Part shown: in pieces, positions 35,858-48,424 of the stretch
Layout: every line of letters starts with the position of its first letter
How positions within the stretch are numbered: the stretch's first letter is position 1
Assembly (NCBI GenBank): GCA_904063045.1
Contig: CAJFCJ010000019.1
Span: 620,001 to 684,000, forward strand
Direction: 5' to 3'
Source: Dimorphilus gyrociliatus
Taxonomy: Eukaryota > Animalia > Annelida
DNA length: 64,000 nt
Translations under genes and position numbers: made by a program
Notes under the pieces: model-generated
Seen by the model: only the letters and a program-made list of their open reading frames with translations
What the model was told of the DNA's origin: nothing
Database searches by the model: none

Positions 35858-38800
35858 TTAACAATAAGATTCCAGGTACACTTCTGCTTGTAAAGTTTCC
35901 GATTTACCATTTGCAGTGGGAGTAATAGCCTTCATTTGAGCTATCTGCTCTTGCCGCATTTCAAGTTTGCTATTTAATTCCGTCAAGCGGGCTTCCCTCT
36001 GAAATGAAAAAGGATAGTCAATACCGTAGGCCTATGATAAGAGCAAAAGCCGATACCTCAGCAATTTCCGTCTTGAGCAATTCGTTCTCTTCGATTAAAC
36101 GTTTGTTCTTTTCTTCGTCTTCCCTGCTCGTACTAGCAGGGGTTAACGCGGCGCTTTCAAGACCATCTCGGGGATGCCTAATTACGTCGAGAACTTTTGG
36201 TAGAAATACAAGCGCCATCGACAACAGGCAAGAGAGTAGAATAGCCGCTGCAACGAACGCGAAGCTGGCATCATGCTGGGATCCAATTATCAATGTCACC
36301 GGAGCCGTTATTATACACAAAACCTGTTCAAGGAATTTAATATTAGAGATAAGAATATACAAAACAACCGAGTTGGTGAAAATTAACACTTACCACAACG
36401 TTGTAAATACTCATGGCTACAAATCTGGAATCGTTAACGTACTTGGCTTTAACACTCCTCGTTTCGTAGGCTAACAGCAGACCAAAAAGGAGGAGTATTC
36501 CTTTATAACCAAAAATTACACCTAACCATGTATTGCGCATTTTGCAATCGCAGTGTTCTAATTGTGGAAGAATTTGAATATCGAGATGAGTATTAGCAGG
36601 AGTTTCATGAGGGAAGAGCTCCAGTTTTCTAGCAAGAGGGTCGACCGCTTGCCAAATGGTTAATATAGCAACGTCAATGGCCACAAATATCCCAAGAACT
36701 GCATAAAATTCGCATTCTCTTACTTGCCTAATATTCTTTTTTCGCCTTGTCGTAACTCGATAAATGGTCCATACTTTAGAAAACATGGAACCATAGGCAA
36801 GGGTAAAGCCAATTGTAAGTAACCAAGATCTTACATGGCATATTTTAACGAAAACCTTTGCATCAACAAATCTTCCATCTAATCCATGCAGGATAATCGT
36901 TAATAAACAAACTATACAACCGACTAGCATAGTGCTGTTAATTTGAGGTTGAGACATTCGGATACTTTTCCTTCTTTTATAAGCCCAGTTAAATATTAGC
37001 AGTCCAACCGCTGTTATTACACCAATGACAGATAGTAAGCACATAGTTATAAATAAGACTTTATTGACGACCCGTAATTCTTCAACTATTATAGTCTTAT
37101 CCTGTGGTACTTTTCCACCAAGCCACTTTTCTATGCCGTACCACGTCAGGTTATCGGAAGCAATATCGTAAAGGCCTATCCTCGTATAATTTCCCTCTAT
37201 AAATTGTTCGATTTGCGTCCAAGCTATTCTATCACCTTCCGAATTAAATGCCACTCGACCCTACATTGAATACGAGGAAAACCTTTAAATTTATTTATGT
37301 TTATAAAATAAACCTCTATTATTAACTATAATTGCGTGTTTATACATAATACATATAACACTTTTATAGCATTAAAACTGATACAATTTTAAAACTTACA
37401 GATAGACCAATAAAGTTAGTTGAATTCATAGCGGCGTATATTTCGTCCATAATCTTCTTATTCGAATAGGTAAAGTCTTCCAGAGAACGATTTTTTAATG
37501 ATAGTCTGTAAAAAGAGAGAAACAATTACTGAATTATTAATAAAAGGCTGTGTTGATAGCGAAGTAAAAGTAACTGTATATTTGCTATTATACTTTCAAG
37601 TTTGTTTAATTATAAGCTGTCTGCCTTGTGGTAGAGGATGTAGGAAGACAGCTGCCTAGGATTTGACGATTAATGCTTAATCTAGCCACCTAATGTTTTT
37701 TATATAAATGATGAAAATATTATTAATACACTTGTGAATATTTATATATATATATATACTATATATACTCTGCATATAGATTAAAATATACAGTGTAAAC
37801 ATACAACAAATAGATCCTAGGAATGTACAATATACTATTCTTATGTAGTGTATATTCTTGTAAATATAATGTTTATATACAACTATTTACTAAATATACA
37901 TAAATTCATGTGTTGTATATAGGATATTTACATATATATATAATCTGTATATGATATATCTTTATATATCGCATAAAATGCCTTTATAGATTAATATATA
38001 TTTATATATACATATATAAATGAGGAAGGGGTGAAGGGCGCTGAAGAAATATTCCCCTATTTTGTTTAACAGGTCACGCAATGGAAAATAATCGGTTCAT
38101 TGTTCGCGCTATTACGTGACTGAAACGTAATTATCTAACCGATTTTGAGTTTGGTTTAGGGCCAGAGCAAGAGCCCAAACTGCATCGTAGGCTAGCGGAG
38201 CTTCTACATAGCCAGTAACAGAGAATGGATTACTGCTGATATTAACGATTTTCTCTGCCATCATATCCATAAATTTATTCGACGTTAATCCTGATATAGT
38301 GGCAACGTCATCTTGACTCCTCATTAATCCTTCTGTTGTAAAATGCCCTTCTAAAGCTTCCCTCATCTGATCGACAGTACAATTAATATTCTCATCTTTT
38401 TCAGCGTACCAATTATCTGGATACCATCCTATAATAAACCACACGTATTTGGGTCCGTAAACTTTTTGCTTGTAAACCTATACGGGAGAAGAAGGATTAA
38501 TCATATCGTATAATTTTCTCTAGTAGTCTGGTGAGACATCTCAGAGTTTATAGATGTGGCTTACCTCGCAAAAAACTCTTCGAGCAATAGTCTCATAAAA
38601 TAATCCTACAATAATTCTGGCATCTTGCCTCTTCAAATTTCTAACTGCGTTTGCTGGATCTGTGAGGAAGCTTGTTCGTACTGCAATTTCTATTCCTGCA
38701 TGCTTGACCCTTTCTTCTAAATCCTCGATAGTCTTTTTTATGATAAAAACAATGATAATAATAATAGCAATGACGCTAATAAAAACAATAATTGTTGTTT

Positions 38801-41800
38801 CTACTAAAAGAGGCTTAAGAGTGAAAAAACATACTAACCGATGTAAAAACTCCTTGAGTCTCTTGGATCGTAGCGATACGAGTCCATTTAAACTTCTTAA
38901 ACAATCTTAGCCTTGTAGGATTATGTAGTGTAGCGGACGGATGCGTTCGAAAGAAAGTCGGAAATCGATTTCTGTTCGACAAGGCAGGTGAACTCGAGCC
39001 GTACGAGAGCTGTGAAGGGAAATTGAAAAAGATTGCGGCCGACTTAATTATTTAATTTTCTAATCACGGCGAACATTTTTTCAAACGTCGATACGCCGGC
39101 GACGCACGACGGCGCTATTTGCCATCGAATCGATCCTTATCGACCAGCTCTACGGTTTTTCGCTTTCGCTCAGAGGCAAACAGGCGAAAGTGAAGAAAAA
39201 ATATTGGTTTGTGTATTGTTGCATATACTGACCACTATCAGATTCCACATTTTAGCCGCTTGACCGACAAATGACGATACAACGCTACATCCAGGTCCTA
39301 ATAGCATTATCTTTGTGGGTTTCTGATATAATAGCTCGTAGAGTACGTTCATTCCTAATCCAGGCTTACACTGTCAAAAGAATTTAATAATTCAATTAAA
39401 CGATAATCGGTGAAACATATTGCAGTAGAATCCTTCGAATACGTTATATATATAAACGCATGTGAACTAATCAAATTAATTAGAAGGGAATCAAGCGCTC
39501 GACTTACAGTCAATATGCGAATTTATAAAGCTTGCCATGTCAACGCCTGATATATGGTTTCTTTTCGCAGGAAAAAACATTATAATCCGAAAACCGATTC
39601 AATAACGCAGTCCTAAACCCCCAACGGCAATTTTTGGTCATTTTTTACCAAAAAGAATCTTACAGTCGTCAAAGAAAAGAGAAATTTTAGATAAAAAAAA
39701 GTCTCTATATATAAAAGGAGACTCCTCTAATGTCATTATTCTTATAAAATACATACATTCACGCAATATAGAGCTTTATATATATGCATACAATATATAA
39801 AGAGTATATATATATATATTATAGATTGCTACTGCACATGTGCAATTTATTGTGTAATATACACAAGACAACTCCTCTTTATGATTTCGTCTATACTTGA
39901 ATACACGAATAGGATTACGCTATAAAAACTACATGTATCTCGTATTATATATGCGCCTTATATCCTAAATGCAGAGATATATATATAAACGACGCCCATG
40001 ACGTTTCATATGATTGATAAAGGCGGCCGTTTATGGCTTCAATGACTTTTAGCTTTTTCAGTATAAGAATTCTTCTCTAAGCATATCAGACTGCAATAAA
40101 GTAAAGCAAAAAAGAGCGTGTAGAACGCCCGCTATAGACCGACAAACTGCAGTACTGCACATTGCAGATTGGCTCGTTTCGTTTCATGTATACCGATTCA
40201 GTAGTACAAAGACCTTGCAATTATCGAGGTTTTGCGGTAGCCGCGTTGGAACGTACATAATCTGCAATGACGCCTTGTCAGTTGCAACGAAAGATATTCG
40301 TATGAAGAGACCGATTTGGTCTGACATGTTTTTCTCTCCCATCACTCATCCATCTCTGATAAATTGTCAAAACTCCCAAAATATATATATACCATTTACT
40401 ATGCATATAGAGTAATATATGAATAAACATGTACAGTTAAAAACGAAAAAGCAATATTTGATTGCTATCAAGATTAAGAAATGCAGTTTACGTCTAAATG
40501 TATATACAGTACACTTGATACGCTTTGATTTAACAAGTCTCTTTAATGTCTATACTTGATAAAACTATTTATTTTCCCCTTTCTTTTATTCAACTGTCGT
40601 AGGAATAACATAGACGTGTTTAAGATATATACCTCAATCGGTGTCTTTATATAGGCTGTATTATATGAATATATTGTAAATAAATGTATTACGTATAGAC
40701 AATGTACACGTTGTGTATCTGGTATAAAGTACAGTCTTATTCAACGTTAATATATTGTATATAAAGAAAAATTTTTCGAATATTTATATGATTTGTTTAG
40801 GGACTCCGGGCGGCAGAGAAAGGCTCAAATGTTCATCTGTCATGGGAATCGCATACCAACTTCGGCTTATCTCACCGTATTCCATCAGCACGCGAGCGTT
40901 TTTACATTCTCTTTCATCCGCTTTATTCCAACAGTTTTTTTTTTGAAGATGCGCCCCTCATCTTCCTATGAATCGACATTCTAAATTTCTATCTAAAGAG
41001 GCATCATTAATTATCTTAGATAAAGAGCTGGAAAGAATTTCCCTGCTTGTTTCAAGTATTTTTGGCATAAAAGTAGCAAAGCAGTCGACAGAAAGAAAAA
41101 TAAGGTCTTGTCTTTTACTCAGAATCATCCAAGTTAAAACATTTTCAGGTATATTTAATTATGACGAAGTTAAGCGATGCGATTTTACAGTCGACCGGAA
41201 TCACGAAGGGTTCCACACAACAAACATAATTCATCATATATAAAACCAAATAATGCGTTTATACGTGTCGGGCATGCGTGATATGGAAGTAACTACGTGA
41301 CAGCGCATCGCTTGATAGGATCAAGTCCTAGTCGCAAAAAAGCGTTCAGAAGACGATGAACGGTCGGTAATTAAATGGAATTCTATTTTATCTAACGATT
41401 GGTATTCTTTTTCGGGCCGTTATTTTCTGTCTGCTGTTGGTTTGGGAAGGAGTGAATTTTCTCATTTACAACAGCACCAGGTGTGTAATAATCCTTGAAA
41501 AAATTAAGCCGACAGCGTTTTCGATTAGAAAAAGTGTGTGGATATAATACGTGCGTCGTTTCCATAGCAACGAAATCTTTTCGCGCCGAAACGAGATTGA
41601 CAGGCGGACTATTGCCTAAGCGACCCCAGTAGTCGATATATAGTTTCCTTCTCTTCGAAATCCTATGCAAATTTTATGCGTCACGACCGCTCGCTAGCGA
41701 TTAACTCAGACAATGTTACAGCTAATAAATGGACGGTGTAAAACCAGAAAATTGACCTACATAAGACGATCAGCGTTTAAAAGGTCAAGTTGGTATGGGC

Positions 41801-42265
41801 GTTGTTAATTTTTCAAGTAATCGATTGCTTTTGTTGGAATTGTTTCAAAGGATATGAATAGACAATAATTATGTGAGCGTTTAGCAACGCCCCATCTTTT
41901 CATCAGTCATACTTTTTCTTAAGCAATCGATTGCCATAGAGCCTTACCTGACTATCGTTGGCTACCATCTCCAATCTATAACCCGGTAGAATGTCCTCTC
42001 TTTTATTTACGTGTTCCAAAGCCATTTCAACAGCCGGTTTACAGCCTTTACCACCACCCCAACCGCCAGTCATCGGAAATATACCGCCTGAATCGAATAA
42101 AATGATAAAAGTGCGTATTTCAGTTTCGATCAATCGCAATATTTGCCAACCTATAAACAACGGGACGTCCTCTTCCGTCGTTACAATACTGTTGAAATTA
42201 CGTAAAAGGAACGTCAGCAATAGGAATCGACCAAACTTCTTTCCGTTCAATTCGATGCCGAGCAT
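35858..42265 (-). CDS. GABBR1: GABA-B receptor subunit 1 (class C GPCR), sushi-less; 3' end uncertain
   Basis: Signal peptide, then [71 protein letters not shown], a 7TM with [24 protein letters not shown], and a C-terminal coiled coil. The GABA-contacting residues typical of the R1 subunit are present. Confidence 0.95.
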
Positions 42266-42425
42266 AGTGCTAGTATCTTACAACTGTTATCCTTTCGTTG
42301 TTTTTCTTTTCATGTTTGTTAATCTCTAACTCCTCTCTCTTTCAGACACTTGGCTAACACGCGCTTCGCGAACGCTCGCCGTTTTCTAAACTCTGACTAG
42401 AGAGCGCCGCTTGCTCCTCTTTCAG

Positions 42426-42433
42426 TGACGTCA
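42426..42433. promoter_or_regulatory. Perfect CRE (TGACGTCA) about 160 nt upstream of the GABBR1 ATG
   Basis: Sequence match in a GC-richer proximal region. Confidence 0.4.
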
Positions 42434-43146
42434 TTGAGAAAATACCCTCTAGAGCTTTCGTTAAAAGTGGAAAGAACAGTAGGCCTATTGCAATTGCTTG
42501 GGAACTCCCTCTTACTTTCGCCTTTTTTCCCCTCTTTTCCCCCCTCTTTTCCACTTACTCTTTCCCCTACTCTTTCATTATTTACGAGCGCCATCTATCG
42601 ACAAAATTGGAAGCGTTTAACCGTATTTGTTAAAAAAAAAATAATGGCCTATACATTCATATTAGGTACTCTTAATGTGACGCGTGCCTTTAATACAAAA
42701 CACTGATATAATATACTGAAGAGGTGAATCTATTACATTTCGTAACCTATTCTTTATAATCTGGCCAACACGGTCTTAAATCAACAAATTCTATTTTGTT
42801 TTGCGCCGTGTGCATGAGAGAGTGAGTGAGAAAGAGGGAATAAGAGTGAAAGAGAGGAGATGTAGTGAGAAGGAGAGTTGTATATTTGTGTATAATATAG
42901 TTATAGTGAAGGCTTAACCTGTTCATCTATTAACCTGTATAAACTTTACAATATGATTTTGGGAGGCCGTCTTTATCACTATATTGGTCGTTTCCTCTGA
43001 CCTATTAAGAAGATTGTTTTTCATTGTGATTATAGCTATACCAATTTAGATACATGTTCAGTTTATATTTAGATTATACTTGCTCGGTTCCGGATAAGAA
43101 TATAGTTCTAGAGATATCGGTCGCACCTGAATAAAGAGTTACTACT

Positions 43147-45028
43147 ATGAGCGCAAACAATGAACGAGATGCAACTGAGCTGAAGAAAATTCTCCACGAG
43201 CAAAATGGTGAAAATGAAAATGAAAAAATAATAATTGATGGAACTACTACAACTGAAAATCAACTACCAAAGAACAGATCGAATAGACGGAAGGAAAGAA
43301 ATAAATTCAGAAAATATTGTATCTGGTTCTGGATATTAGTAATCATTTGTCTGATCTTAGCTCTCCTTTTATACTTTTTCGTGTTTAGGAGGAAAATATC
43401 AGATTATAAAGGTAAACCATTTGTAATAGTAATACAAGAGAAGATTTAATGTTTTATACTTCCTCTTTTAATTGAATGTTTTTTTTTCAGACCCTGTAGT
43501 ATTAATCCCTCCGATAGGATGGATAAAAGGAAGAACGTGTCTGCCACAAAATTTAAATATCTATTTTAGAAAACAAAATAACTTAATTAAACCTCTAACA
43601 AAGGATGCTATTGATGAATCCAATACGAACTATTTTTTATTTCGACACGATGATGATTATCATTGCTGGCCTAATCTTAATAATTCCTTTGTAAATCAAT
43701 CTTGGTCATTAGGTAACGATTATAGGTTGGGAATTCGCTTATCGGACGGATGTGATTTTTATGATTTTAGTGAGTCGAGAGCGTACAGTATAGGCCGAAA
43801 ACTCTCCACTCATCTAAACTATGTACAATTAATGCAAAGTGGGAAAGTATGTAAGAGCAAGCTAAAGCGAGGAATAGCTAAAAGCTTATACAAAGGAATA
43901 GAAGAGTCTAAGAGGGAAACAATCTTCCATTCGCCCTTTTCTTTTGGTCTGAAAGAGGCAAAGCGATCATCGGATATTTTTACTATAGCATCCGAAAGCC
44001 TAATGAATAATTTAGAAGATGAAAAAAAATTATACGCCCTGCTGGATAATTTCTATTTTAATTTTAAAGGAGATTTTAAACCGGGATTTTTCCCCTATGC
44101 CGGAAGTTTATCGACAGATGAATTCCAGTTTGTTAATTGGTGTTATATGAAAGCACCGTTGTTTTTTAATCAACCTTCGGGTAAATATGCCGAAAAAGAT
44201 ATTGAAACTATATTTAAGTTATTTTCAAAGCATAAAAAACTAGTTGTTAACTATCATCAGAATAATGAAACAAAGCCATTTACATTAAGTAAGAAAATTC
44301 AAATTAAAGATCATCGAAGCTTCCGCTCAAGATATTATAGTGTTGTATCCGTATCTGATGAAGATAAATCAAAGGAAGGATACTGGTCTACCTTTAAAAC
44401 AGTTGATCATGAGAAATATATATTTTTTTGGCTTGGAGATAATAGCATGTGCTTATCAGACTCCAATTCTTTTCTAGCTATAAGAGAATGTGGCGTAAAA
44501 GAAGCAGTTCTCCAGCACTTTGCCTATAGAAATCGACGCCTATATTTAAAAAACTCTATGGTTTGTATACCAAACTATCCCTTTATGCGAGCGACAATTG
44601 TCAATAAGGAGGAAAGAGGCTGTAGTACAGAAGTATTTATTAAAAAAAATGGGAATAATGTTGCTATTGTTAATAAATACGGATTTAAACTGAGAGCTAG
44701 TATGCCAGATGTGTATATTCTTCATGCTTCATTATCAGATTCGCAATTTATTTTGGCGTTCAATAATTTGCATTCTGAAAAGCCTCATTGGCAAAAGTTG
44801 GATTATAAGAATATCCATGAAATGCAACAAGGTCGGAATTATGAAGTGGTTTGCTCTGATGGTAATCCGAGGCGTACCTACGAAAATGGAAGAATTTCAG
44901 AGGAAATCAGAATAAATGTTCCAGAGAAAGGTACCGAATATTGCTTTGTGACTGACAAAGGAGCAGTTGCCGTAAATTCCGATTATGGAGAATTTCTCGA
45001 ATATGACAATTCTTATGAACAAATTTAA
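43147..45028 (+). CDS. Orphan type II membrane protein (~600 aa), exons 43147-43411 and 43491-45028, with a possible ricin-B-like lectin repeat
   Basis: Basic cytosolic N-tail, TM YCIWFWILVIICLILALLLYFFVF, phase-1 intron AAG|GTAAAC...TTTCAG|A, and a 512-codon luminal exon containing MCLSDSNSFLAIRECGVKEAVLQHFAYRNRRLYLKNSMVCI. Confidence 0.75.
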
Positions 45029-46497
45029 AATAAAAACAAATATAAAGAACAGATATTTTTACTATGTACCAGTTTCTTCTTATATTTACATACACTACAC
45101 ATAGGCCTATTAGTTGCCCTTCAACTTGCTCCATTTAATCAAAATTGATTTTATTAGAAGAGCAGAGAGAGCTTAAAATACTGAAATGCTTAAGCAGAAA
45201 AACTAACTGTTTGTTGAGAGTACAATTAATTTGTATACTAATTAGAAATTTGTGTATAAGTTGATGGTGCAACGATGGCGTGAGAGCGGGAGAACCAATC
45301 AGCTGAGCGAATGTAGCGCATGCGCGAAATTTGCGAATTCAGCCTACGATGGATTGATAACTCAGCCTATCTTTCTAAAGAATTCAGAAACTACCAGTCT
45401 GTTTCTACGTTTCAGACTAAATAGAACGCTAATTGTCAAGGTAAAGACCCTGTTTTCGTCGAATTCGACTGTTGGGTTTACCTGCCTTCTGATAGATTTA
45501 GCGTTTTATCGAAAATTTCAAGATAATCAATCCAGATAAGACTGACTGATAGCTTGGAATTTTTTCTGGTTCTCAGCACACTAGCAGGTCGCAGATTGAA
45601 CAGAATCTTCACAATTTTTTAAGGTAAATTTAATAATGATGATTTTATGTTTTGGTTAATTTCTCTATGGTTATTTTGTGCTCAATTCTCTTAATTTGGT
45701 ACTCAATACTATAATATATGCAAGAAAAACACAGGTTGATGGATCTTCAATGGCGCTCCTAATTTCAGTATTAAAAGTAGGATAATACTTTTGTACTTGA
45801 AGCTAATACTTGAACGTTAATTTTAACAAAACGTTTATAAACTATTTAAAAAAATCATCAAATTCTACATAAACAACGCCTAGGATGACTGTTTTCAAAG
45901 AATCCAGCGTTTGACGGCCAAACAACAGGCCATAAACATGCTATATATGCCATAGGTTTTTTATAAGACCGATCCCCTCTCTCTCTGTTTTGCTCTAAAA
46001 TAATCTATATTTATGTATATTTACCTATTATTAATTTCTATTGGGGTACTTATTATTTAATAAATATTACTGTATATAGACCATACCTTTTCATATACAT
46101 GTAAAGTATATATATATATACAAAATAAACAAATATCTATATATTAATATGTATATAAACAGTTTTTTCTAATAACCCTATGTATATATAGCATATTATG
46201 AAAATGTATTGTTGATAGTCAAAGATATAGAATTTATATTGGCAACGATTGTTGCTTCGAAATGGCGCATGACTTTGTAGCTATTTTAATACTGTTAACA
46301 ATATTTCAGGGTATCGATTTAGGTCAAAAAGATCAGATTATCGATTAAATGAATACTAATAGTTTCAAAGTTACTTTATTCTTTGTTCAAAAGAGATATT
46401 TATTATATAGGGAAAATACAAACTTTTATGAGCTTTCTATTTTTTTATCCCATTTTTTATTTGCAGTTGGAAGTTGTATAAGGATTAAAAGAGTAAA

Positions 46498-46935
46498 ATG
46501 CCTACTGCCTTTATTGAACGTAATTTAGACTTGAATGAAAATAAACATGGGAATATGATAATTGAAAATGAAAAATCTTCTATTAGATCCTGCCCTCAGA
46601 GAAATGACTCAGAGCATGATTCACACACAGAATATTTATTAGAAGATGAAAAAATTGGTGGTAATTGCTTGGGTTATAAATTAACAGGGTGCAACGCACC
46701 AGTAGCTGACTTGAAGATAAAGACTAAAATCGAAACAACACTGATCGTCATTCTATTTGGCTTCATAACCGCCCTAGTTCTTAGTATCATCATTATTTAC
46801 CTTTACTCAACATACAGCTTAATGATGGCTTTAGCAAAAACATTCTACACAATGTGGAAAGATTCATTAAATTTAAATTTACAAGTCGTTCTTGATCAAC
46901 TTGATTTGCCGTTCAAAATACCTGAAGTCCATTGA
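46498..46935 (+). CDS. Hypothetical 145-aa single-pass membrane protein with an upstream non-coding exon (donor ~45623, acceptor ~46466)
   Basis: ATG ORF with hydrophobic TLIVILFGFITALVLSIIIIYLY. Acceptor TTTATTTGCAG about 30 nt upstream. NRF1-like GCGCATGCGC at 45316-45325. Confidence 0.55.
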   Translation: MPTAFIERNLDLNENKHGNMIIENEKSSIRSCPQRNDSEHDSHTEYLLEDEKIGGNCLGYKLTGCNAPVADLKIKTKIETTLIVILFGFITALVLSIIIIYLYSTYSLMMALAKTFYTMWKDSLNLNLQVVLDQLDLPFKIPEVH

Positions 46936-47079
46936 TATACGTAGAGAAAACTAAACAACAACAAAGACAAAGTCCATTTAATTTTTGTCATCAATGCAAA
47001 TGTAAAATTTTTATTTATTTATTAAAAAAAAATCGGAAAACTGCAGTATTTTTGCTATGGATATATTTTTTTCTTCATT

Positions 47080-48424
47080 TTATAATATTAATACAAGAAT
47101 TTTAGCTGACGTTGGTTTTACGGTCTCTTTAATATGATTAGTATAACTACCTAAATTTTGACGTCTATAGGCATCTCTTACCTTTAAACTAGTATCTTCT
47201 GTAACATCTGGTAACATGCCCCAGTCTAGTTGAATATTGGCGGAAGTATTACCCCTGTTTAGCAGCAAGGCCACACGCCTCTTGTCTGATAATGGACCGG
47301 TATAGATTTCTTGCATTCCATTCTCGGAACGCCAAACTAGTCTTGCCGCCTCCGATCGGTCCTGATTGATTGCTATCAATTCATCATGGGTGATGAGATT
47401 TTTGACTTCTGACGTCATATATCGAATGTCATTGCCGAGAATTAAAGGAGCTTTAAAGACACACCATAGCCCGAAATGCCCTACGTATTGATCCATCGTC
47501 ATACCACCGTTTCCGACTTCTAACATATCTAAATCGTTCCAAAACCCTGGCCTAGAATAACGCCACAATTCATCTCTGTTATAAATGTCAATCAAACCCA
47601 AAACAGATTCCCAGTTATCTCTTATATCCTGCCCCACTCTTCTCATATTCGACACGGCACTTGCCATTTCCGGTCCACAGGAAGCTTTAACACTATGAAC
47701 AATTGGTCGACTTGTCGACGAAATGGCCTCAAACATTGCCTTATAAGTTTCGCAAGTCGTTTCGTTCGAAAGATTACAGTCGTCGTTTTTTAAGTAATCG
47801 ATATTCCATTTAGCGTAAGTCTCCGCGTCCTTTCTTTCATATCCAAAGGAGCCTGGCCGACCTTGACACGTACGATAACCAGTGTCGGTGTATAAACCAA
47901 ATTTTAAAGCTTTTCCATGAGCGTATAATGACAAGTAATCAAGGGATTGGCTTCTTCGCGAGCCGGGAAACTTATGTGGATCAGGTATAATGATACCCTC
48001 AGCAGTACGATTTATTTGCCAACAATCTGTAATTGGAAAATGAACTAGTTTCGAAGACACACGTGGAATCTACTTAGCAAAACTATTTCTAAAATAGAAA
48101 AAGGGAAAGAACCATCTAGATTTACGTAAGAGTATCCAGCCTCCCTTAAGCCTTTATGAACGAAAGCTTCAATCACTTCCTTTACTACCTGTTCATTAAG
48201 TCCTTCGCAACTAAAGTAATTCCAAGAATTCCAGCCCATTGGCGGAGTTGGAGCAACTTGTACTCCTTTATATAAAAAAAATAAATAGATAATTAAGAAC
48301 AATAAATAGAGGAAGAAACGAAACGATCGAATTTTCAGTTTCGTTAAACATTCCAACTCATTAAAAAATTACCATACGCCAACTGCAAAAAAGAAATCGA
48401 TAGGAATAAGGCAAAAAACAGCAT
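47080..48424 (-). CDS. Secreted GH27 alpha-galactosidase (melibiase), 3 exons
   Basis: Signal MLFFALFLSISFLQLAYG, TPPMGWNSWNYF, YVNLD|DCW, LKFGLYTDTG, IDYLKNDDC (nucleophile), RVGQDIRDNW (acid/base), WNDLDMLEVGNGGMT, and a C-terminal beta-sandwich. Confidence 0.95.
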
